64,000 nt of DNA from a bacterium (GCA_963675755.2 CAXXMD010000002.1:2208001-2272000), one strand, 5' to 3'. Positions 30,458 through 41,511 are shown, counted from the stretch's first letter. Made by a program: numbers and translations. Notes: a model not told the origin generated them from the sequence alone.

Positions 30458-33400
30458 TCAAAACCAAGTAAAGTTGAAACCAAATTTAAACTTTACACCT
30501 GTTTCATATGGTAAAAAAATTGATTTAGTAAATGGTCCAACTTTATATCCAACTAGTAATTGTGGATTAGTTTTAAGATATATTATATCATTTTCTATTG
30601 ATGCTGTAGTAATATCATACTTGTCATAAGGCATATAAATATTAAAATCAAAAGCTAACAAAAAGGACTTTATTTCATAATCGTACCGAACACTTGGATT
30701 GATTATTAATGATTGATTCGATGAAATTTCACATATCTTTTGAGTTTTATTATTAGTAACGAGACCTAAATTAAGATGTAAATCATTATATTTATTTAAT
30801 GCATATGAATATAAAATTTTTAGTGTGTAATTTGGTAACCCTCTTGAAAATATTATTTCTTCATCATTATATGGTGATATTACTTTTGTTAATAATGAAA
30901 AAGTCTGTTTTTCATTAATTTGAGGTAAATAATATTTTAGACCAAACTCTACATCTTCATTAAAAAAATCGTTTACCCCCTGATTTTCTTTTATTAGCAT
31001 AGGCAAAGATATACACATGTCAACACTATTCGTTACTCTTTGCAAATAATTAATTGTAAAGTTAGTATTATTCCTTATTGGGAAAGTAATATCAATATTG
31101 CTATTAAAAAAACTCTTTTCTCTAGGCCAAATAAAAGGAAAAGCAGGTATTGTACAAAATTTAGGGAAATAAGAAATTATTGAATCACGAGCAAATATTC
31201 TCAATGTATCACCTGAAGTGTCTATTGAAACAAGATAATCTGTACCGGAATCGACAAGCTTAACTAAATGTAGACCCTTATTTAAAAAAAGTTCACTAAT
31301 CAAACCTTTTTCATTTGAAACACATTGATAATAATTATCAATTAATATTTCATACTGTTTACTTGGATATATTATTAAAGTTGAATATAACTTTTCATCA
31401 AAATAATTTGAAATATATCGATCAATATCTTCGTCCACAACTAATGTGTCTATAACTTGATTTATATTTTTAAACTTCAATAAATAATCACCAAAATTAA
31501 CATTAGAAAGTTCTAAAGTTGTATTCAGTAATGCAGAATTGGTTGATTTAATGAATATTTCCTCATGATTATCTAGATTTTCCAAAACTAAATTATCATT
31601 TAAATCATTTAAAAACCTGCGCCACGACTCATTTTTATTAGTTCTAAACTCAATTTTAAAATTTTCTTTATTTTTTTTGTTTAAAGAAAACTTTAATTCA
31701 TTTTTATCATTTTCAACTATGTTAATGATCGTATCAATTGAAGTATAGTATTTATTTTCTATTTTTAATTTATAACTTCCTTCTTTTAAGAAAAATGATT
31801 TAAAATTGATAACATTACTTTTTTTTCCATTGGAATCAATTAACATGGCTCTTGCATTTGATGGTAAAAAACTTATGGTCACATTATTATATTTCTCATT
31901 AGGTAATAATGTTAAATTTATCTTATTATTAGTTTCAATATTATTTATTACTTTAGGTTCAATGTGATAATAATTTGAAGTGGCATTTACTACTATAAGT
32001 TCTTCAGGAATAGTGTACAATTTAAAGTACCGAATTGCTTCACTTGATATATCACTTAATATTGATTGATGGTAAACACCTTCAAATTGTACATCAATAT
32101 CTCCAACTAAAGAATCTCCACCAATTGTAAATAAAAATATCTCAACTATAACAAAATCCCTAAAACAATTTATTTTCAAAGAATCATTATTAATATTTGC
32201 AAAACAATATTTAAACCTATTTCCCCCGTTTACGGAAAATCCCTGTGGTAATTCAACAGTTAAAGTATCTAATGGATTAATATTATCAGAAAATAAAAAA
32301 TTACCATTAATAACTTTTTTTATTATTGATGATTCTTTAGAATATTTGATAACTAAATTATTTACAAAACGATTTTTCAAATCTTTAAATTGGTTCTCAA
32401 CACTTATAACAAACTCTTTTATTTTATAATTAATATTTAAAACCCAAGTAGGATTATTGTTTTCAAAGCTTAGTTTATAACTTTGTGAAATAAAAAATGA
32501 ATCTGCAAAAGTAATAGAGTAATTATTATTAGGAATTGATTCTCTAATACGTATACTATATTCTGAATCATTGGACATATTAATTCCCACAATTTCACAA
32601 TTTTCACATGAAAGAAAATTAGCTAATTTATTATTTTGAAAATTAACTCCAGTAAAATTATTAATAACTACTTTTATCAATTTCTCTCTATATGTCTGAA
32701 TTTTAACATTTTGTACTAAATTGGGTTCAACTTCGAGACGAAACACATCGTTGATATCCTCATAATTATTAGATTCAAGAGTGTAAAAAACATCTAAATT
32801 CGGTGAGTAACGAAAACTTAAAACTATTTTCCCTTCTAAATCGCTTTTTAATAATTTAGAATTATAAGAAATTTCTAAATTAGAAATTGGATGATTCAAA
32901 CCATCTGTAAAGAAAATAGTTTTTTTTAATTCCTTCCTTATTATACTTTTTCTTACTTTTTTATAGTCATCTAATTTTGTTAATGTTAATTTAGAATTTT
33001 CCCAGAAAATATCATTTTTAATATTGACATCAAAATCATCTTCATTCTTTAAATTTAGTATATAATAATAGTGTTTTGATTTATAAATTTCTACATTATT
33101 ATTTTTACTTTTCAATTCTGGAATTGTAATATTACAATTTATTTCATCAAATAGTTCTATACAATAAAATGGCTGATTTTTAAATGTTTCACATTTTTCA
33201 AATTCAAAATTTGATTTATTATTTAAGGTAGTATATATTGGTTTATAATTTTCCTTAAAAATAACAACCATATGATATTTTACCATTGATTCAAAACTTG
33301 CTCTTGTATCTATAGAAACGACTCCAGGTTTTTCTGATTGAAATTGCGTACCTTGGTATAGGTTAAAAACTCGAAAATCTTTAATTTTTTCTTTAGTTCG

Positions 33401-33805
33401 TTTTTCCAAAATTTTAAAATTAAAATTATATACATTTGCCCAAGGAGACATCACTAATGGTTGTAAATAAATATTAAGCTCATCATATACTGTTTTTAAA
33501 TCTAAATTCAAATCAATATATTTACCAACATAATTTTCTTTAAAAAAGAACACTTTTACAACATTATTTTTAAAATATTTTCTATCTAAACATATATTTA
33601 TTACACCATTCACATCAGTCCTAAAAGAAGATCCAACTTCTTCAAAAAAAATTTCAACACCTTCGATTCCTTCATTTGTTTTTTCATTAAAAACAATTCC
33701 CGAAAAAATTATTGATTTAGAATAAACAGAATTTATGCATAATAATAAAATAATTAGTATTTTTTTTATCATATTCCAATTCATCATTTTTTTAATTGAT
33801 AACAA
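30458..33805 (-). CDS. Large AT-rich exported protein: repeated beta-sandwich (carboxypeptidase-regulatory/PEGA-like) modules and probable C-terminal beta-barrel
   Basis: Signal peptide; SGIVFNEKTNEGIEGVEI...TDVNG; LKEGSYKLKIENKYY; GLHLVKL; ends GVKFKFGFNFTWF. Confidence 0.6.
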   Translation of the reverse strand: MLSIKKMMNWNMIKKILIILLLCINSVYSKSIIFSGIVFNEKTNEGIEGVEIFFEEVGSSFRTDVNGVINICLDRKYFKNNVVKVFFFKENYVGKYIDLNLDLKTVYDELNIYLQPLVMSPWANVYNFNFKILEKRTKEKIKDFRVFNLYQGTQFQSEKPGVVSIDTRASFESMVKYHMVVIFKENYKPIYTTLNNKSNFEFEKCETFKNQPFYCIELFDEINCNITIPELKSKNNNVEIYKSKHYYYILNLKNEDDFDVNIKNDIFWENSKLTLTKLDDYKKVRKSIIRKELKKTIFFTDGLNHPISNLEISYNSKLLKSDLEGKIVLSFRYSPNLDVFYTLESNNYEDINDVFRLEVEPNLVQNVKIQTYREKLIKVVINNFTGVNFQNNKLANFLSCENCEIVGINMSNDSEYSIRIRESIPNNNYSITFADSFFISQSYKLSFENNNPTWVLNINYKIKEFVISVENQFKDLKNRFVNNLVIKYSKESSIIKKVINGNFLFSDNINPLDTLTVELPQGFSVNGGNRFKYCFANINNDSLKINCFRDFVIVEIFLFTIGGDSLVGDIDVQFEGVYHQSILSDISSEAIRYFKLYTIPEELIVVNATSNYYHIEPKVINNIETNNKINLTLLPNEKYNNVTISFLPSNARAMLIDSNGKKSNVINFKSFFLKEGSYKLKIENKYYTSIDTIINIVENDKNELKFSLNKKNKENFKIEFRTNKNESWRRFLNDLNDNLVLENLDNHEEIFIKSTNSALLNTTLELSNVNFGDYLLKFKNINQVIDTLVVDEDIDRYISNYFDEKLYSTLIIYPSKQYEILIDNYYQCVSNEKGLISELFLNKGLHLVKLVDSGTDYLVSIDTSGDTLRIFARDSIISYFPKFCTIPAFPFIWPREKSFFNSNIDITFPIRNNTNFTINYLQRVTNSVDMCISLPMLIKENQGVNDFFNEDVEFGLKYYLPQINEKQTFSLLTKVISPYNDEEIIFSRGLPNYTLKILYSYALNKYNDLHLNLGLVTNNKTQKICEISSNQSLIINPSVRYDYEIKSFLLAFDFNIYMPYDKYDITTASIENDIIYLKTNPQLLVGYKVGPFTKSIFLPYETGVKFKFGFNFTWF

Positions 33806-35805
33806 TCTCTCAATAGTTTGTATTTATTACATAAAAACTCAAAATATACAGGATCATCTTTTAAATTTGCATCAACTATTATCTCTTCAATTTTTTCACA
33901 ATTTTCATTCATTTTTCCTACTACATTTACTTGGAGAAATTGAATCATTATTAACGAAACTGAATTATCATAATCATCTCCATGTTTTAATACATAGCTA
34001 TAACTTTCATACGCATTATCATATTCACCTTTTAAACTATATAGATATCCTTCAATTATTTTTTGAAGAATGTCATTTGACACAAAAATGTCTTTATTTC
34101 TAAAAAATATATTTTTAGCAGAATCAATATGAGTATTATATATAATATTTAAATCTTGATACAAATTCATTTCATTTAATAAAGATTGAAATGAATAAAT
34201 ACAATCTCTTAGATAAGTGCAATATAGGAATCTTAAAAATATTTTAAATTGCATTTTAAAAATATCATCACAAAAAGTTGAATCTATTGCATTTACTTTA
34301 TTTAATACAGTTATAAATTTATTATCGAGTAACAAATTAATATCAATTGTATTTCCATCCTTTTGTAGTTCTTCCTGAAAATAATTTACTAATTCTTTAA
34401 CATCTTTTATTATCATGATCATTTCAGCTGATCGCTTTAATCCATTTTTAACAAATAAACTAATAGTATCTTTGGGGGATTCTTTAAAATGAGGCACATT
34501 AATTTCATTTTCATAACCATTATTATCTGCTAAAAAAGTTCTATATTCCTTATTTAAAATATCAAAAATTAAATTAGCGGTCTTATAACCAATTTCACAA
34601 TATATCAGCATATCCGCATTATATGATTCCTCATTATCTCTATAATCATCAATTGATGAAAAACTTTTATTATCAACAATTTTATCACTTCCTAAATATT
34701 CCCAGTCAATTTTTCTTTTTCCAACTATTTCTTTATCTAAAATACTATTTCTATTATCAGAAATAATTGAACTAATTTGACCACCTAACAAATTAAGTCT
34801 TTCATTTGTTTTTTTATCTTTTTTCTTATCTACATCAACTGGTCTCAAAAATAAAACTTTAACATTATTTGGGTTTTCGTACTTTTTGTTATCTAACAAT
34901 CTTTCATGCCATCTCTCAATACAAGTTAAGCATTCTTTTCGCGATTCTATATCTTTATCATCATAAGAAAAGTTGTTATATTCAATTATTTCATTATAAA
35001 TATTTTTAATGAATTGTTTATCTCGATTCCAATTGAATGATGTTGCTTTGTTTCCAAATTCAATTCGTTCTAAATTTAATGAACTCAATTGAGCATCAGC
35101 AATTAATTTTTTGTTTTGAACAAGAACTAAACCATTATAATACCCAATATTTCTTAATGAATCAGGAAAAGAAATATTAATAATTAAATCAAACCCATCT
35201 TTAACTAAAGAACTTGTATCTTGATTTGTTTTTATTATTTTTGTTTTTTTAATTTTATTATCAAACTCACCAAAATTATCATGAAATGAGGATGAATTAC
35301 TATTAAAATATTCATGTTCAATATTTAAAAGAACTAAATAATCATAATTATCAACAAATAAAATTATACATATTAAAATATTTGCTAATAATAATGTAAA
35401 ACTAAGAAAAGGAATTCTTAATGGTAAATTCGTATCAAAAACCATTTCCCAAAAAAAGATGAAAAACACCACAACAAGTAATAAATAAAACAATAATTCT
35501 TCAGAATCAATCTTATTTTTACTAATTATTATTATAATTAAAGAAATATAGAAAATTAAAAAACACCAAATCAAATAATGTTTTTCGTAAAAAACTAACT
35601 TTAATTTTTTATTTATTAAATAATTTAGCGGAACTTGCATTTTTTTTATAAAAAATGCTATACGGAAATGTAATAGTTCTATTAGAAATTTTATAAAATT
35701 ATCTGATTTTACAAAAAATAAAAAAACAAACAAAACTAATTGAAGAAGAACTAAATAAAAAGGTGTTTTTGAAGATAAAAATATACTTTTAAAAAATTCC
35801 TCCAT
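33784..35805 (-). CDS. AT-rich membrane protein with N-terminal TM helices and C-terminal TPR-like helices
   Basis: Hydrophobic segments in the first ~150 aa; GYLYSLKGEYDNAYESY TPR-like motif; overlaps next ORF by 22 bp. Confidence 0.6.
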   Translation of the reverse strand: MEEFFKSIFLSSKTPFYLVLLQLVLFVFLFFVKSDNFIKFLIELLHFRIAFFIKKMQVPLNYLINKKLKLVFYEKHYLIWCFLIFYISLIIIIISKNKIDSEELLFYLLLVVVFFIFFWEMVFDTNLPLRIPFLSFTLLLANILICIILFVDNYDYLVLLNIEHEYFNSNSSSFHDNFGEFDNKIKKTKIIKTNQDTSSLVKDGFDLIINISFPDSLRNIGYYNGLVLVQNKKLIADAQLSSLNLERIEFGNKATSFNWNRDKQFIKNIYNEIIEYNNFSYDDKDIESRKECLTCIERWHERLLDNKKYENPNNVKVLFLRPVDVDKKKDKKTNERLNLLGGQISSIISDNRNSILDKEIVGKRKIDWEYLGSDKIVDNKSFSSIDDYRDNEESYNADMLIYCEIGYKTANLIFDILNKEYRTFLADNNGYENEINVPHFKESPKDTISLFVKNGLKRSAEMIMIIKDVKELVNYFQEELQKDGNTIDINLLLDNKFITVLNKVNAIDSTFCDDIFKMQFKIFLRFLYCTYLRDCIYSFQSLLNEMNLYQDLNIIYNTHIDSAKNIFFRNKDIFVSNDILQKIIEGYLYSLKGEYDNAYESYSYVLKHGDDYDNSVSLIMIQFLQVNVVGKMNENCEKIEEIIVDANLKDDPVYFEFLCNKYKLLRDCYQLKK

Positions 35806-35996
35806 TATTAAACCCCAATATTTGTTTGATATTATTTTAACCCTAATTTTGCGGATTATAAATTAAACAAAAAAATATCAAAAGCAAATATTTAATACAT
35901 TTTCTGCACTTTTTTTCACAGATTTTTACGCAAATAGATAAAGTTTTGGATATTTATATTGATATTTGTTGCAGATTTTGCACAGATTGTTGACAA

Positions 35997-36905
35997 TCAG
36001 TCAAACATATGCCCCAGCAGCGTTTCCGCCACATCCACAATACTCTTGACCGGATTGCCGAATTTTTCTTGGCCCGGCCCAAATGCCAGTGTCATGGCAG
36101 GGTTGCGGGTGTGCCCCTTGAATGATAGATCTTCAATATTACCGTGATCACTGGTAAGCAGTACCAGGGTTTCGTCCAGGTCAACGGTTTCCAGAATGGC
36201 CCCAAGAAACGCTTCCAGTTTAACGATCTCGTTTCTGGCGCGCTCCATTTCTTTGCTGTGACCGGCAAAGTCGGTTTGAAAATACTCAAACAACGCCAGA
36301 TCATACGCCCGGCTCTGCTTCCCGATTATCTCCCCCGCCTTTTGCGGCGATACCACCGGTGCGTCAAATCCTTTTTCGCGCAGAGCGTCTCCGCTCATAT
36401 CCTGATACACACTGCGCTCCGCCCAGATATCCTCAATGCCGAAAAATTGTTGTCCCGCAAAATAGTTCATACACGATGTTACAGAGAGATGCCGGATAAT
36501 CTCGTCCGGTTCAAAATCAAAAAATGGCGGACGGAAAGCGTTCAAAAACGCGACCTTTTTCCCCTTGTCCACCAGTTTTTTGAAAATGGAGTGTTCTTTA
36601 ATCACCTCGCGTAGTTGCGCGTTGGGACGGTGATTGAGATGCCTCCCCAGCAGCTTGCTGGCATTAACGCCGGTAAACAGCGATGTCTGCCCGGTTGCGC
36701 TCTGCGGCAGCAGGGGCATATCCAGATTGGCATCCAGTCCCAGTGCAATGCCGTCATGCGGCAGGGATTTGGGATACTGTTGATCAAGCGTATTGTTGAA
36801 AAACCGCCACTGCTGGTCCGCACAGGGATTGATCTCGGGATCGTTTTCGCCAATACCAATACCATCAACAAACAGAAAAAGAATATGTTTTGGAGAGTTT
36901 AACAT
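35997..36905 (-). CDS. Alkaline-phosphatase-superfamily metalloenzyme (iPGM/phosphopentomutase-like)
   Basis: FVDGIG, PQSATGQT, TDFAGH, TSDHGN, HTRNP metal-binding motifs. Confidence 0.85.
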   Translation of the reverse strand: MLNSPKHILFLFVDGIGIGENDPEINPCADQQWRFFNNTLDQQYPKSLPHDGIALGLDANLDMPLLPQSATGQTSLFTGVNASKLLGRHLNHRPNAQLREVIKEHSIFKKLVDKGKKVAFLNAFRPPFFDFEPDEIIRHLSVTSCMNYFAGQQFFGIEDIWAERSVYQDMSGDALREKGFDAPVVSPQKAGEIIGKQSRAYDLALFEYFQTDFAGHSKEMERARNEIVKLEAFLGAILETVDLDETLVLLTSDHGNIEDLSFKGHTRNPAMTLAFGPGQEKFGNPVKSIVDVAETLLGHMFD

Positions 36906-36988
36906 AATTTCACATTTTTAAATCAAAACAACAAAACGCAGAGTGCGCCAGGGAAACGCAATGTACGCAGAGAGAAAAATTTATGCTT

Positions 36989-37053
36989 TAGCCCGGTTCC
37001 TGAGTGATCCGTCCGCAGCATGCGGGCGGATTGTATCGAAGGATTAGGGCCTA
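36989..37053. repeat. REP-like palindromic element
   Basis: TCCTGAGTGA-TCCGTCCGCA-GCA-TGCGGGCGGA-TTGTATCGAAGGA nested stem-loop just downstream of the SpoIID gene. Confidence 0.5.
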
Positions 37054-37063
37054 ATCAACCATA

Positions 37064-38692
37064 TCAATAATACTTGTCTATCACCGCACCGCGGTAATAA
37101 TGCGTCAATATCTGCTTAGCGGATTTGCCTTCTTCCGCCATCATGGCCGCACCAATCTGGCACATGCCTACTCCGTGTCCCCAACCCGCGCCGGTAAATA
37201 CAAATTCTTCGGGGAAACCGTTCACATCCCCAATCTTGTCCACAACAAAACAGGCGCTGTACAAGGCGGTTGACGACAATGCCCTGCGTATGTTCAGCTC
37301 TTTACGCACATTGATCTTGCCCGCCGCACCACGTATCTCGATCTCGATGAGGCGTCCCGACACACCTCGTTCAACCGGAACAATATCAACCAGTGTACCA
37401 ATATCATGATACTTGTTACGGATGATATTCTCCAGTTCTAATCGGGAGTATCGTTGCTGCCAGCGATAATATTTCACACTGTATTTTGCATAATCCGGGG
37501 TCCCATGGCTTTCCGCGTTACAGTTGACCTTGGGCGCGCTTTCAACCCATCGTCTTACACTCTCTTCCGTAGACAGATCAAAAGATACCGGCAAATCGCG
37601 TGATTCAGGATCGTCCAGCACTCCACGCAAATAAGGTAACGATTCACCCATCCAAACATTCTCGGTGTTTTCCGTGTGACCTCCACAAACCGCGGAATAG
37701 GGAGTTGTGCACAAACTTCCATTATAAACCAGCACCTCGCCCTGTGTCTCACTGATTGCCTTGCGTATGCGGTCATTACTGCGTCCCGCACCCACAAATG
37801 CCTGACTGTAAACATCATCTGTCACATCATAGGGCTTATCCCGGTAGCGGCTGCCAAAATTGTACAGAAAAAAAGTTCGGGCTGCAACAGCCTGCGCTTT
37901 AAGCGCTTCAAGCGGAAATGTGGGTATCATTTCACCGGGCAATACCCCTTCGAGATAAGATTCCAGACTTAGCACATTGATCACAAACAGTTTCCCATTG
38001 GGACCAATCATTAGTTCCAATTCACCGCCATACTTGCGGGTTTCTTCGCGTGAATAATGGAACCCCTCTCCCACCTTGACGGCCTGCAGATTAACCAACG
38101 CTCCGGAAATCCGCAGTGCGTTTTGAATCACCAACTCTTTGCCGGACTCGGATTTCAAATGAATTTCACCACCGGGATCGCCATCAGGTCGGCTAATTAC
38201 AACGGCATTGCGTAAAGCCGGAATCTGCTGTTTATATTGCTCGGCTTGTTCTTGTGTACTAAATTTTTGTTTCAGCAATACCAGGTATCGTCTTTTATCA
38301 ACCAATACCTTTTTGTCCATATTCAGCACATCACCGCTGGTAATCTTTTCAACATCCAGATTTTGGGAACGCGCTTCCTGAACGCCTGCGTCAGCAACAG
38401 TTTCCTTGCTGCTCGATGTATATTGGATTCGATAAACAGATGGAGCCGGGGAGCCATTCACCAGGGTTGCCCGCCATACTTCACCCTTGTTCATCCGGTA
38501 CATTTTCCCGTTTCCGTCTGCAATAACAAACGGACCTTCAGGTTCAAAAGCAATTTCAGATTTATCTTCAAGCAGTCCCACCCGCACAACCGGTCCCGTG
38601 GTTTGAATCGCAGGGCCATAATAGACACCCGCGCATGAGAAAAATAAAACCATGCTCACAAGAACAGTTGATATACTGACGATTCGTTTCAT
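37064..38692 (-). CDS. SpoIID/LytB domain lipoprotein (putative lytic transglycosylase)
   Basis: Lipobox FFSC; YLEGVLPGEM, EALKAQAVAART, GWGHGVGMCQIGA, ILTHYY. Confidence 0.92.
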   Translation of the reverse strand: MKRIVSISTVLVSMVLFFSCAGVYYGPAIQTTGPVVRVGLLEDKSEIAFEPEGPFVIADGNGKMYRMNKGEVWRATLVNGSPAPSVYRIQYTSSSKETVADAGVQEARSQNLDVEKITSGDVLNMDKKVLVDKRRYLVLLKQKFSTQEQAEQYKQQIPALRNAVVISRPDGDPGGEIHLKSESGKELVIQNALRISGALVNLQAVKVGEGFHYSREETRKYGGELELMIGPNGKLFVINVLSLESYLEGVLPGEMIPTFPLEALKAQAVAARTFFLYNFGSRYRDKPYDVTDDVYSQAFVGAGRSNDRIRKAISETQGEVLVYNGSLCTTPYSAVCGGHTENTENVWMGESLPYLRGVLDDPESRDLPVSFDLSTEESVRRWVESAPKVNCNAESHGTPDYAKYSVKYYRWQQRYSRLELENIIRNKYHDIGTLVDIVPVERGVSGRLIEIEIRGAAGKINVRKELNIRRALSSTALYSACFVVDKIGDVNGFPEEFVFTGAGWGHGVGMCQIGAAMMAEEGKSAKQILTHYYRGAVIDKYY

Positions 38693-38713
38693 GTATCAAA
38701 TCCTTTAATACGT

Positions 38714-38744
38714 AAAAAAACGCGCGGTTTTACAGACACGCGCG
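38714..38744 (-). terminator. Probable terminator after era
   Basis: A7-CGCGCG-loop-CGCGCG (U-tract on minus strand). Confidence 0.5.
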
Positions 38745-38782
38745 CTATCATATCAAATTAAATGTCTTACCGATCGAGTAGA

Positions 38783-39685
38783 TTATCGACCGTCATATCC
38801 AAATTCTCTGAGAAACGTATCCTTTTTACGCCATTTCTCTCGTACTGCCACCCACAACTCGAGGAAAACCGGCCTCCCGATAAACTCTTCAATTGCAATC
38901 CGCGCATCCTGTCCCAGGGATTTCAAAGCTTTGCCGCCCTTGCCAATAATTATTCCCTTTTGCGATGGACGTTCAACTACAATTCTAGCCTTGATCACAT
39001 CTTTGCGCCCCTCTTTTTCCACAAACTCGTCAATCACTACTGCCGTGGAATAGGGAATCTCGTCACCATATTGTTGGAAAATCTTTTCGCGTATAATCTC
39101 GCTTACAAAAAAACGTTCAGGATGTTCGGTAACCTGATCTTCAGGATAAAAGGGAAAACCTTCCGGCAAATATTTTAATATAGTCTTTTCAAGATCTTCT
39201 ACATTATCACCAGTCAGTGCCGATATGGGTATAATATCTTTAAAACTATAGATATCTTTATACTCATCTATCAACGGTAAAACTTCCTGGGGCTGGGTAC
39301 GGTCCATTTTATTGATCACCAGCAAAACAGGTTTTTCAGCTGATTTCAAATAACTGAGGATCTCTAAATCACGATCTTTGGGTTTTCTTCCTGCTTCAAT
39401 CAGAAACAATACCAGATCCGCATCCTTAGTTGCATTGTGTGCGGATTTGACCATATAATCATGCAGTTTGTATTTGGGCTCCATTAATCCCGGGGTATCC
39501 AGAAATACAATCTGACAACCCGGTTGGGATAAAATACCCAATATACGGTGCCGTGTTGTTTGGGGTTTAGCTGTAGTAATAGACAGTTTGAACTGTAATA
39601 AATGGTTGGTTAGGGTAGATTTACCCACATTGGGTTGCCCCACAACCGCAACATAACCCGCTTTAAAAACATTTTCATTCATCAT
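38783..39685 (-). CDS. era: GTPase Era
   Basis: GQPNVGKS, PQTTR, DTPG, NKMD, KH domain GIIIGKGG. Confidence 0.97.
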   Translation of the reverse strand: MMNENVFKAGYVAVVGQPNVGKSTLTNHLLQFKLSITTAKPQTTRHRILGILSQPGCQIVFLDTPGLMEPKYKLHDYMVKSAHNATKDADLVLFLIEAGRKPKDRDLEILSYLKSAEKPVLLVINKMDRTQPQEVLPLIDEYKDIYSFKDIIPISALTGDNVEDLEKTILKYLPEGFPFYPEDQVTEHPERFFVSEIIREKIFQQYGDEIPYSTAVVIDEFVEKEGRKDVIKARIVVERPSQKGIIIGKGGKALKSLGQDARIAIEEFIGRPVFLELWVAVREKWRKKDTFLREFGYDGR

Positions 39686-40140
39686 TAAATATAAGCATCC
39701 AGTGTGTGATATTCGTCAAGTTTATCCAGCAGGTCTTTTCCATCAGTAAGCTTTAAATTATGATTTTGACATCCATTACGGGCGCAGGCCTCAACACGAC
39801 CGCCATGCGGAAGATAAACACCGCACATATTTGAGCCGCATTCATCGCACACCACATGGTCCAGAATCAATGTGGTGCCACAGGTAGGACAAAAGAATTC
39901 TACCGTTTCACCATCCGGAATGTCAATCTCGGACACATTTTTAAAACTACCATAAACAGGATCAAGATGGATCATACCCACTACATCTTTGTATTTGACC
40001 TTGACAGTAATTGAGGCATATCCATTTATCAAATGGTCCGTATCCATCAGGTTGTGCCTGTTTGGGCACATTGCATGTTGAATTCTCAGCGATTTGCTGG
40101 GAATTTCGATGGTTATTTTTTCCTTTTCTCTATGAACCAT
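39685..40140 (-). CDS. Cys-rich hypothetical protein, probably zinc-binding
   Basis: CPNRH, CPTC, CDEC, CARNGC..H; TAATG overlap with era start. Confidence 0.7.
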   Translation of the reverse strand: MVHREKEKITIEIPSKSLRIQHAMCPNRHNLMDTDHLINGYASITVKVKYKDVVGMIHLDPVYGSFKNVSEIDIPDGETVEFFCPTCGTTLILDHVVCDECGSNMCGVYLPHGGRVEACARNGCQNHNLKLTDGKDLLDKLDEYHTLDAYI

Positions 40141-40144
40141 AATT

Positions 40145-41488
40145 TCACCTCAGGTGTTCTCGGGTTTCTTTAATTATTATTCCACTCAAAGCCAGTAAAC
40201 CAATCAAGTTCGGGATTGCCATCAAGCCATTCATAATATCGGCAAACGTCCAAACCAGGTTTACTTTGGTAATAACAGCGCCAACAAATACCATAATACT
40301 AAACAAAATCCGATAAGGCATTACAGACCGGGCGCCAAGTAAATATTCAAGTGATTTCTCACCATAATAACTCCACCCTAATATAGTGGAATAGGCGAAA
40401 AAAACCAAACCAAATGCCACTATCATTCCGCCAAACTTTCCGGGCAGTGCAGAGCTAAAAGCCATAGATGTCAGTTCAGCTCCGGTTGCACCGCTCGTCC
40501 AGGTGCCGCTTGAAAGGATCACAAAACCGGTAAGCGAACAGACGATAATGGTATCAATAAAAGTCTGAGTCATGGATACCAGCGCCTGATTTACAGGATT
40601 TTTCGTCTGGGCTGCAGCAGCAGCGATTGGAGCACTACCCAATCCGGATTCGTTAGAGAATACGCCGCGTGCAACGCCCCAGCGAATTGCCTCGCGAACC
40701 ATTGCGCCTGCAAAACCACCTGCAGCGGATGCAGGACTAAAAGCATTGCCGATAACCATTGTTAAGACTGAAGGTATGGCTTTATAATTAATTATTACAA
40801 CAATCAAAGAACTGAGCATGTATAACAAAATCATAAACGGAACAATCACCGCGGTCGTACGACCTATACTTTTAATACCGCCAAGCAGTACAAGTGCGGT
40901 TGCTAAAAATAAAACAATTCCCACATGATAATGACTTATTTGTGGAAACACAGCCGTAACTGCATCTGCAACAGAATTTGACTGAACAATATTTCCTATT
41001 CCAAAGGCTGATATAGATGCAAACAGAGCAAACAAAACCGCTAGCCACTTCCAGCCCAGTCCCTTTTCAATATAATACATGGGACCGCCGCGCATATTAC
41101 CGTGCTCATCCACTTCACGATACTTGACAGCCAATACAGCTTCACCATATTTGGTTGCCATACCAAAAAGACCGGTCACCCACATCCAAAACAATGCACC
41201 GGGACCGCCAGCAGTAATGGCAGTTGCCACACCGGCAATATTTCCGGTACCTACGGTAGCCGCAAGTGCGGTCATTAAGGCCTGAAAATGGCTGATATCG
41301 CCTTCTGCATCGCCTTCTTCACGACGTTTAATCAATGCCATGTGCAATGAATGCTTCAACGTCGTGAACTGAATTCCGCCCAATCGGATGGTCAAATATA
41401 TTCCGGTACCCACCAACAAGAGCAGCATTGGCGGTCCCCAAATATATCCGCTTACCGTTTCAAATATGGACAATAATTGTTCCTGCAC
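40145..41488 (-). CDS. Alanine/glycine:cation symporter (AGCS family)
   Basis: [43 protein letters not shown]. Confidence 0.95.
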   Translation of the reverse strand: MQEQLLSIFETVSGYIWGPPMLLLLVGTGIYLTIRLGGIQFTTLKHSLHMALIKRREEGDAEGDISHFQALMTALAATVGTGNIAGVATAITAGGPGALFWMWVTGLFGMATKYGEAVLAVKYREVDEHGNMRGGPMYYIEKGLGWKWLAVLFALFASISAFGIGNIVQSNSVADAVTAVFPQISHYHVGIVLFLATALVLLGGIKSIGRTTAVIVPFMILLYMLSSLIVVIINYKAIPSVLTMVIGNAFSPASAAGGFAGAMVREAIRWGVARGVFSNESGLGSAPIAAAAAQTKNPVNQALVSMTQTFIDTIIVCSLTGFVILSSGTWTSGATGAELTSMAFSSALPGKFGGMIVAFGLVFFAYSTILGWSYYGEKSLEYLLGARSVMPYRILFSIMVFVGAVITKVNLVWTFADIMNGLMAIPNLIGLLALSGIIIKETREHLR

Positions 41489-41511
41489 ATCAAACTCCGT
41501 TTAACTCTAAA

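Larger units (their letters stand above)
30400..35950. mobile_element. Low-GC genomic islet, probably horizontally acquired; no mobility gene
   Basis: Abrupt switch to very AT-rich sequence and N/K/I/F-rich proteins; boundaries approximate. Confidence 0.6.
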
